Source: an uncultured virus (IMG/VR IMGVR_UViG_3300009124_000008)
Taxonomy: Duplodnaviria; Heunggongvirae; Uroviricota; Caudoviricetes
IMG/VR virus record: IMGVR_UViG_3300009124_000008
DNA length: 64,000 bases
Strand: one strand, 5' to 3'
Position 1 is the first letter of the stretch. Each line of letters begins with the position of its first letter. The notes under the pieces were generated by a model. It worked only from the letters and a program-made list of their open reading frames with translations. It did no database searches and had not been told where the DNA came from. Positions 7,941-13,692 of this stretch are shown piece after piece. The position numbers were made by a program, and so were the translations under genes.

Positions 7941-8171
7941 ATGTTTTTCGAGAAATTTGAATCTTCAGCAGTTAAATCTATTGAAGTAGATGATAATATT
8001 GTTACTATAGTGTTTAATTCTTCAGATAAAGAATACAAATACAATATTATTGATGAAGAGTTTACAAATACTCTTCAAGATAGTATTATGAATAACAAAT
8101 CAATTGGTAGTTTGATTAATAAATCAATCAAAGATAAATTGATTGTTGAACTAAATACTACTACTATTTGA
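7941..8171 (+). CDS. KTSC-domain-like protein
   Basis: SSAVKSIEVD..IVTIVF...EYKY...SIGSLINKSIK fits the KTSC pattern SSxI..I..D..LxVxF..YxY..SxGxxxNxxIK. Confidence 0.6.
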   Translation: MFFEKFESSAVKSIEVDDNIVTIVFNSSDKEYKYNIIDEEFTNTLQDSIMNNKSIGSLINKSIKDKLIVELNTTTI

Positions 8172-8190
8172 TAGTAATACCAATAGATTA

Positions 8191-8352
8191 ATGGCAAAGA
8201 CTAATCGTAATCAAACTCAATCTTACAAAGCACAGTTTGAAGATGAGTATGAAGATTTCGGGTACGATGTTAAGAACGCCCGAAGATATCAGTCCAAATC
8301 AAAACGTACACCAAAATTCAAGGATCACGATGATACGTATGACAGTTTCTGA
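8191..8352 (+). CDS. small hydrophilic protein (53 aa)
   Basis: Read by hand: MAKTNRNQTQSYKAQFEDEY...; preceded by CTAAATA (8151-8157). Confidence 0.6.
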   Translation: MAKTNRNQTQSYKAQFEDEYEDFGYDVKNARRYQSKSKRTPKFKDHDDTYDSF

Positions 8353-8395
8353 ACTGTCTACTAATCTCCCCACTGGCACCCATTTCCTGTATTGT
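8339..8395 (+). promoter_or_regulatory. early promoter, dyad type (copy 5)
   Basis: GACAGTT-TCTG-AACTGTC perfect dyad, 29 bp, TATTGT (8390-8395). Confidence 0.75.
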
Positions 8396-8419
8396 TAACA
8401 AGTTGTCAGGAATTGATTC

Positions 8420-8593
8420 ATGTCTAGAAAAGATCTCGCCATGAGATTTCGTCACATGATGGATATCGAAGGATATTGTTTCAAGACAGACTATCAAGAA
8501 ATTTCTGAACTTTGGAGAGATTATGTTGATTTCATGCTGGAGTTGGGCAACATCAACCCTAGCAAACATGCAGCGATTTATGATCACTATTGA
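8420..8593 (+). CDS. small hypothetical protein (57 aa)
   Basis: Read by hand: MSRKDLAMRFRHMMDIEGYCF...; AGGA upstream. Confidence 0.55.
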   Translation: MSRKDLAMRFRHMMDIEGYCFKTDYQEISELWRDYVDFMLELGNINPSKHAAIYDHY

Positions 8594-8594
8594 T

Positions 8595-8652
8595 GTGCCA
8601 GTCGGACTAGTGGCACACAGGGGGTTGTGGATGCCCCCTGATGCTGTATTGT
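8595..8652 (+). promoter_or_regulatory. early promoter, dyad type (copy 6)
   Basis: GTGCCA-N10-TGGCAC perfect dyad, 30 bp, TATTGT (8647-8652). Confidence 0.82.
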
Positions 8653-8679
8653 TAATGAGTCAACCAAACGGAGTCAATT

Positions 8680-9039
8680 TTGCGTAAGATCGAACAGCAA
8701 ATGAACATCGCCATTTCTAACAACGAGAACTGGCAATCTGCTAACACCGCTGTTACTTTCGATCCTGACACTAACGAGTCTACTGTATACCTTCACGGCA
8801 ACAAGATTGCTGAGGTTGGTGATGATTACATCCGCCTCTTTGACGGTGGTTGGCAATCTAACACTACCAAATCTCGCCTGAATGCTATTCTCAGTGAGCA
8901 TGGTATTGCTGGTGAAGGTGTATACCAGAAGAACTATGAATGGTTCGTTCGCCTCTACAATGGCACTGAATTCTTCACCGTTCCTTTCACTTCTAGCATG
9001 AGACTTGGTGCTCTCGCCACATCTGACCTGCTGGTTTGA
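8680..9039 (+). CDS. conserved cyanophage hypothetical protein
   Basis: TTG start after GGAG; VYLHGNKIA, GGWQSNTTKSRLNA, GVYQKNYEW motifs. Confidence 0.8.
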   Translation: MRKIEQQMNIAISNNENWQSANTAVTFDPDTNESTVYLHGNKIAEVGDDYIRLFDGGWQSNTTKSRLNAILSEHGIAGEGVYQKNYEWFVRLYNGTEFFTVPFTSSMRLGALATSDLLV

Positions 9040-9089
9040 TTGATGGCATGTTACACTTTCCCTTCCCTACCTGTAGGGTTGGAGTATCA

Positions 9090-9117
9090 ACCCCTTCGAA
9101 AGAAGGGGTATTTTATT
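9090..9117 (+). terminator. probable intrinsic terminator
   Basis: ACCCCTTC-GAAA-GAAGGGGT followed by ATTTTATT. Confidence 0.7.
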
Positions 9118-9185
9118 GTGTATCAACTGATCAAATTTGTAATTAAATCTGTTAAATAGCAACGACAATCACAGGGAGCATTCTA

Positions 9186-9317
9186 ATGACAGTTCAGGAA
9201 ATGTATCAGGAAATGATTGAACAGTCATTAGAAGATTTATTGCTAGGATATAATGACCCACAGGATTACGATGATCGTGGTGACATCGTAGAGATCGAAT
9301 ATACCACACAAAGTTAA
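9186..9317 (+). CDS. small acidic protein (43 aa)
   Basis: Read by hand: MTVQEMYQEMIEQS...; GGGAG RBS. Confidence 0.55.
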   Translation: MTVQEMYQEMIEQSLEDLLLGYNDPQDYDDRGDIVEIEYTTQS

Positions 9318-9335
9318 CCAAACTGGGCGGCTGTG

Positions 9336-9392
9336 TGACCAGTTGGGTAAGTGGCACACAAAATGGGCACAGCACCCCAGACCGTGTATTGT
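9336..9392 (+). promoter_or_regulatory. early promoter, dyad type (copy 7)
   Basis: TGACCA-N10-TGGCAC, 29 bp, TATTGT (9387-9392). Confidence 0.8.
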
Positions 9393-9398
9393 AGACAC

Positions 9399-9569
9399 AT
9401 GAACAAAACCACTTCCAATCCCTACATCGCCCAGATCTACGCTAAGGGTCGGGACTATGTGCCCACCCCTGCCAAGATGCCTGAGTTCCCTAAGACTATT
9501 CATGGTCGGACCTTTGAGACCGAGGCAGAGTATCGTGAGGCAATTGCTGACATGCTCAACGGCATGTGA
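9399..9569 (+). CDS. hypothetical early protein, probably leaderless
   Basis: ORF 9351..9569; ATG 9399 is 6 nt after the -10 hexamer. Confidence 0.7.
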   Translation: MNKTTSNPYIAQIYAKGRDYVPTPAKMPEFPKTIHGRTFETEAEYREAIADMLNGM

Positions 9570-9609
9570 TCGCCTTAACTAACACTAACTGTTCTTTGCT
9601 TAACTAACT

Positions 9610-9729
9610 ATGTGGGATGAAATTATGGACATGCCAGGTGAGATCTTCGATCTGGACATTGATGATCGTGAGATGATGCCACCTGATATGCAGGATGACA
9701 TCGAGAAAGAAGATCCTTTGCTTGACTGA
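9610..9729 (+). CDS. small acidic protein (39 aa)
   Basis: Read by hand: MWDEIMDMPGEIFDLDIDD... Confidence 0.6.
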   Translation: MWDEIMDMPGEIFDLDIDDREMMPPDMQDDIEKEDPLLD

Positions 9730-9733
9730 CACA

Positions 9734-9895
9734 ATGACCATCACAGAACGTAATCAGAAACTCTACGATCTTCGGGTCAGGATGGATAAACTCAACGCAG
9801 AGTTAGCATGGGTTAAGCAGGAAATCTGGTTGACCAATGATAGATACGATCGCCAGCATCGTGATCTCTACACTGAAATGTTCGGCACTAACTGA
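9734..9895 (+). CDS. small coiled-coil protein
   Basis: ORF 9695..9895; ATG 9734. Confidence 0.6.
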   Translation: MTITERNQKLYDLRVRMDKLNAELAWVKQEIWLTNDRYDRQHRDLYTEMFGTN

Positions 9896-9902
9896 CACTA
9901 AC

Positions 9903-10067
9903 ATGACTGAGACTAAGTTCATCATCAGCGGACGATTTGAGCGCCCTAATGGTTGGGTAATGAGAGATGAGTTGGCATACATTAGCCCCAGTAAAAAGGA
10001 GGCAATTGAGACATGCCAGCGCCTCAATCCTAACTTTCACATTCACACTGTGAGAGAGGAGGATTAG
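9903..10067 (+). CDS. hypothetical protein
   Basis: ORF 9837..10067; ATG 9903. Confidence 0.65.
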   Translation: MTETKFIISGRFERPNGWVMRDELAYISPSKKEAIETCQRLNPNFHIHTVREED

Positions 10068-10099
10068 GGGCACTAATTAACACTAACCCCGCGGCTGCC

Positions 10100-10158
10100 C
10101 GACCAGTTGGCACACTGTCCACTATCGCCCTGAAACCGTCCGACCCCGTGCCTATAAT
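10100..10158 (+). promoter_or_regulatory. early promoter, dyad type (copy 8)
   Basis: CGACCA-N10-TGTCCA, 31 bp, TATAAT (10153-10158). Confidence 0.8.
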
Positions 10159-10164
10159 GGTTTC

Positions 10165-10323
10165 ATGAACAACGATCAACGGATCCGCTCCAACCTCGCC
10201 GCCTTCGGTGAGAACTATACACCCCCTTTCAACTGGTCTCAGTCTGAGAACTTCGGGCAGGGTGCCTGCCTGACTGCCAAGCAAGTTGAGAAGCGTCGCC
10301 GTCGTGCCCTATGGACCGCCTGA
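10165..10323 (+). CDS. small early protein (52 aa), probably leaderless
   Basis: Read by hand: MNNDQRIRSNLAAFGENY...; ATG 6 nt after TATAAT. Confidence 0.65.
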   Translation: MNNDQRIRSNLAAFGENYTPPFNWSQSENFGQGACLTAKQVEKRRRRALWTA

Positions 10324-10370
10324 GGCACTGTCCACCATTTCCCCCAAAGCACCCCATCTGCTGCCATACT
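10313..10370 (+). promoter_or_regulatory. early promoter, dyad type (copy 9)
   Basis: GGACCG-N10-TGTCCA, 30 bp, CATACT (10365-10370). Confidence 0.7.
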
Positions 10371-10376
10371 AGTCTC

Positions 10377-10562
10377 ATGATCAAACAACACAACGGAATG
10401 TTCCTTCTCAACGAGACCGCTGCCAACGACCCCGCTGTACAGGGTGCGATGACATCCTACATGCAGCAACTCGCCCGCGAGGCAGCATATCGCAAGGCAG
10501 TTCGTGAGGGTCGCGCTGCCACCAGTCAGTCGGGCAACTGGCACATCAGCGACCGTGACTGA
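10377..10562 (+). CDS. hypothetical early protein, probably leaderless
   Basis: ORF 10311..10562; ATG 10377 is 6 nt after the -10. Confidence 0.7.
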   Translation: MIKQHNGMFLLNETAANDPAVQGAMTSYMQQLAREAAYRKAVREGRAATSQSGNWHISDRD

Positions 10563-10581
10563 GCGGCAGACCGACTAGGAT
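10523..10581 (+). promoter_or_regulatory. early promoter, dyad type (copy 10)
   Basis: CAGTCA-N10-TGGCAC, 31 bp, TAGGAT (10576-10581). Confidence 0.7.
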
Positions 10582-10610
10582 ACACACAACACACAAACAG
10601 AGATCACACG

Positions 10611-10862
10611 ATGAACGGTTGGGCAAACTACGAGACTTGGAACGCCGCCCTGTGGATCGGCAACGATGAATTCCTCTATAACACTGCTAAGGCATGTGTG
10701 ACCTATAGAGAGGCAGGCATTGAGACCCCTTGGGAGAAGTTCGTTCGCTGTATGACTGACGGGCAGATCGGACGCCACCTCGTCAAGACTGGCGACGGCG
10801 TGGCATGGGATGACCCCGCCATCGATGCCGACGAGATGAACGAGATGCTGTGGGACCTGTGA
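10611..10862 (+). CDS. conserved phage hypothetical protein
   Basis: NGWANYETWNAALWIGNDEFLY N-terminal motif recalled from many phage hypothetical proteins. Confidence 0.8.
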   Translation: MNGWANYETWNAALWIGNDEFLYNTAKACVTYREAGIETPWEKFVRCMTDGQIGRHLVKTGDGVAWDDPAIDADEMNEMLWDL

Positions 10863-10916
10863 CGATCGGGGCACTGTCCCCCATGGGGTAGGCATTGCCG
10901 CCCTGGGCTCTACAAT
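10859..10916 (+). promoter_or_regulatory. early promoter, dyad type (copy 11)
   Basis: GTGACG-N10-TGTCCC, 30 bp, TACAAT (10911-10916). Confidence 0.7.
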
Positions 10917-10940
10917 ACACACAACACAGACAAACGACCA

Positions 10941-11165
10941 ATGCCCACCGCTGACTTCGCTGTTCAACCCAAGTCATTCGGCACCTTTGACGAGTGGGGT
11001 TGCCTCTGGGCGACTGACATCAACCACGCCTACCAACTGGCAGCAACCCTAGAGGAGGACGCTGTGATCTGGCGCTGCCCCCACCAGGGCAACCCCATGG
11101 CATGGGTCACAGTGAAGGCAGACGAGGCAGGCATTGAGGCGATCGCTTCCCTGTTGTTCGATTGA
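10941..11165 (+). CDS. hypothetical early protein
   Basis: ORF track; downstream of a promoter. Confidence 0.7.
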   Translation: MPTADFAVQPKSFGTFDEWGCLWATDINHAYQLAATLEEDAVIWRCPHQGNPMAWVTVKADEAGIEAIASLLFD

Positions 11166-11191
11166 CGGGCAGCGCCCCCATCCTGTACAGT
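11162..11191 (+). promoter_or_regulatory. sigma70-type promoter
   Basis: TTGACG-18 bp-TACAGT. Confidence 0.6.
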
Positions 11192-11212
11192 ACACACAAC
11201 ACACAGCACAGC

Positions 11213-11413
11213 ATGAACTTCGCCACAGCATCCAAAGCAGAACTCATGGCAGCAGGGTTTGCATTCAAGACGGTTCGCCCACGTCGCCCACGCAAGGGTG
11301 AGTTGATCTGCCAGCGAGTCGGATTTAAAACCAAGCGAGGCAGTCAGCAATGGCGACAGCGTGAGCACATCTCCTCTCCCTCTGCCTACGCTGTGGTGAT
11401 GGGCAACGGGTAG
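11213..11413 (+). CDS. small basic early protein
   Basis: ORF 11162..11413; ATG 11213. Confidence 0.65.
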   Translation: MNFATASKAELMAAGFAFKTVRPRRPRKGELICQRVGFKTKRGSQQWRQREHISSPSAYAVVMGNG

Positions 11414-11796
11414 GGCAGTCTACCACACAGGGGCGGGGGGGGACAGTTAATGCCCCCTTGCCCCCCTAGCGCCCCCGCGCCAAGCGATCCCAAAAAAGTA
11501 CCTTCTTTCTAACCTACAAACGTTTCCCAGCGCCCTCGATATTTTCAACGAAATAAAAAAAAATTCCCCAGGTAAAAAAGCATGAGAAAAGGTCAACCAT
11601 TACGAAAGACCACTGAGATCTGGAAGGTACATCAACAGCGAAAACGCTTAAAGGAATACTATGGTAGGCAAAAAAATTCCGTGGGTACAAAACGCCCTGG
11701 GAGGTCGAGCACTAAATATGTAAGAACCCCCAATATTGGGTGGAAAATCATACAGCTACTAGTGAGGGTAGTACGTAAGTTTATCAAAAAAAGACA

Positions 11797-12036
11797 ATGA
11801 AACACAAAGTAACTTACAGAACGCCTAATGGCGTATTACAGGAAACCATGTTTGATCAATTTGATGAATTTTGTGATAGCATGGAGGACGTAGCAGCACA
11901 ATATTACCAGGGACTGAAAGAACCTGGAGATGTTAACATTGAATCAGTATTAGACGATGGAACCACAAGAGGAGAGAAAGTTTCATTCGATGGCAGATCT
12001 GGATTCCTATCTGAGGAAAATGAAGCTGATGTATAA
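11797..12036 (+). CDS. hypothetical protein
   Basis: ORF track; late-type CTAAATA at 11712-11718. Confidence 0.65.
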   Translation: MKHKVTYRTPNGVLQETMFDQFDEFCDSMEDVAAQYYQGLKEPGDVNIESVLDDGTTRGEKVSFDGRSGFLSEENEADV

Positions 12037-12133
12037 ACCCCCTGGTGGGGACTATATGCTTCTGACAGACTATCTGAACACCGTAGAAGAGCGTTTAAGG
12101 AGGTTAGAGGATGGCACAACTGGTAATCCCTGA
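11957..12133 (+). CDS. small hypothetical protein (58 aa)
   Basis: Read by hand: MEPQEERKFHSMADLDSYLRKMKLMYKPPGG...; overlaps neighbours. Confidence 0.5.
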   Translation: MEPQEERKFHSMADLDSYLRKMKLMYKPPGGDYMLLTDYLNTVEERLRRLEDGTTGNP

Positions 12134-12479
12134 AACCGTCGATACAGGGCATACAGACGGCAATTGTTTGTATCCTCCGAAAGCATTAGGAGGTTCACCG
12201 ATTGAATCACCTAACATTAAGATTGATAAGCAGCAGGTAAAGTATTATACGTCTGCCACACCACCTGAGAATGTGGATGGTACTAAAGTAAATCCTCTCA
12301 TTCCTGTTCCATGTGTACCAGGAGTAAGAGTGTTAGTACCAAAGAACAACACGAATGTGTTTTTCAATGGACAGTTACCGATTGTTGTCGGAGATGTCTG
12401 TCAAACGCTAACAGGCATTGAGAGACCATTGGTAGGACCATTTGGACCGAGCACAGTTGTGATCGGCACCAAGTCATGA
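12111..12479 (+). CDS. PAAR-like spike tip protein (gp5.4-like)
   Basis: TGH..C.YPP, NVFFNGQLPIVVGD, STVVIG; position before gp25. Confidence 0.6.
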   Translation: MAQLVIPETVDTGHTDGNCLYPPKALGGSPIESPNIKIDKQQVKYYTSATPPENVDGTKVNPLIPVPCVPGVRVLVPKNNTNVFFNGQLPIVVGDVCQTLTGIERPLVGPFGPSTVVIGTKS

Positions 12480-12507
12480 TATAATATTAAAGTCAACTGA
12501 GGTAATT

Positions 12508-12654
12508 ATGGCAAGAGCAAAAGTCGGACTGAGTGGTCAGAAGCTGATCGAGTCCCAACCCAAGAACACCCGTCAGGGCAATGGGAAGAATACGAAGTAT
12601 GCTGCTACTAGCAGAAATAAAGCAAGGAAACCATATCGTGGACAAGGTAAGTGA
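12508..12654 (+). CDS. small basic protein ending YRGQGK (48 aa)
   Basis: Read by hand; GAGGT RBS; TGATATAAT -10 at 12477-12485. Confidence 0.75.
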   Translation: MARAKVGLSGQKLIESQPKNTRQGNGKNTKYAATSRNKARKPYRGQGK

Positions 12655-13135
12655 AGTAAGAGAATGGATTAAGCATGTTTCTGTGAAGCGTGGGGAACTG
12701 GGTGGTTTTGCCATCTGTCCCTACGCTTTTTCTGCGTCTGTACATATAGAGGAACGCGCTCTGAAGGATGTGACTCTGATAGAAGCGGGCGCGGATGTTA
12801 TTATTTTTATTGTCGAAGACTGTAGCGTTGCTTCTATGATGGCAACGGTAGATCGTCTTAATATGTGTCATAAGGATTATTTGTTCCTGGACGATCATAA
12901 AGACGAACCCACGTTTATTAATGGGGTTCAGTCAAACTTTGGTAAACATAATTTAATTTTGTGTCAACGCCGTGATAAATTACTACAGGCGAGAGAAAAT
13001 CTTCACAAGACGGATTATTATACCTATTGGCACCAAGAAATGTACGAGAGGATTATCAATGGCAAATTCACCAGTAGACAAGAGCAAACAATTCGTAGAC
13101 TCTGGAATGACACTCATAACAGATCCAGCAGCTGA
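12638..13135 (+). CDS. hypothetical protein (DUF1415-like CPYA motif)
   Basis: ORF 12581..13135; GTG 12638; WI...LGGFAICPYA. Confidence 0.65.
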   Translation: MDKVSEVREWIKHVSVKRGELGGFAICPYAFSASVHIEERALKDVTLIEAGADVIIFIVEDCSVASMMATVDRLNMCHKDYLFLDDHKDEPTFINGVQSNFGKHNLILCQRRDKLLQARENLHKTDYYTYWHQEMYERIINGKFTSRQEQTIRRLWNDTHNRSSS

Positions 13136-13271
13136 TTATTGGTTAGAGAAAGCAGCGAAAGCAAAAAAACCAACAGATCCTCGTAACGATGAAGATTATG
13201 ACACTTGGGAGTATGGTATGGAATACCTTCCAGGTGATATGGAATGGGCAGATGGTTTTGTTGGGAAGTGA
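13059..13271 (+). CDS. hypothetical protein
   Basis: ORF 12972..13271; ATG 13059 after GAGGA. Confidence 0.65.
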   Translation: MANSPVDKSKQFVDSGMTLITDPAADYWLEKAAKAKKPTDPRNDEDYDTWEYGMEYLPGDMEWADGFVGK

Positions 13272-13272
13272 G

Positions 13273-13279
13273 ATAAATA
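13273..13279 (+). promoter_or_regulatory. late promoter (gp55-type)
   Basis: ATAAATA upstream of gp25. Confidence 0.65.
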
Positions 13280-13297
13280 ATCAATAAAGCTGCCTTT

Positions 13298-13690
13298 ATG
13301 CCAGAGATCGTATCATATAAAGATTTCAATCTCAGTTTTAAACCCCATCCTGTAACTGAGGATTTAATGGTGGTGAAAGACAATGCAGATATTAAGCAGT
13401 CACTTAAAAGTCTTTTATTGACAAAAAAGGGTGAGCGACTGTTTAACTATGATATTGGAACAAATCTGACCAGTTTATTATTTGAACTTGCCGATTATTC
13501 TACAGCATCACTTATTCGTGATGAAATGATCGTTGTAATTTCTAATTTTGAAAAAAGAATTGTCATTAAAGAACTAACGGTCGATGTTAATTATGAAGAT
13601 AATGGTTATGATATTCGTTTGTCTTATGAGATTGTTGGTCGTTATGATACCCCTGTAAACGTAGAATTCTTCCTAGAGAGTGCTAGATAA
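13298..13690 (+). CDS. gp25: baseplate wedge subunit gp25
   Basis: YKDFNLSF..HP, IKQSLKSLLLT..GERLF, FEKRI; synteny. Confidence 0.92.
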   Translation: MPEIVSYKDFNLSFKPHPVTEDLMVVKDNADIKQSLKSLLLTKKGERLFNYDIGTNLTSLLFELADYSTASLIRDEMIVVISNFEKRIVIKELTVDVNYEDNGYDIRLSYEIVGRYDTPVNVEFFLESAR

Positions 13691-13692
13691 CC

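Noticed and set aside
9575..10090. Short ACTAAC repeats in intergenic gaps
   Set aside because: Too short and low-complexity to assign; likely unstructured leader sequence
570..10916. Dyad repeats as a CRISPR array or att sites
   Set aside because: Degenerate, irregularly spaced, separated by whole genes and always tied to a -10 box; no cas or integrase gene in the window
605..11212. Upstream starts in the ORF track (605, 861, 1354, 9351, 10311, 11162)
   Set aside because: They run through promoter elements; downstream starts fit better
11582..11800. 72-aa basic ORF
   Set aside because: No clear RBS; composition follows A-tracts; spans a repeat and a late promoter. Cannot be fully excluded
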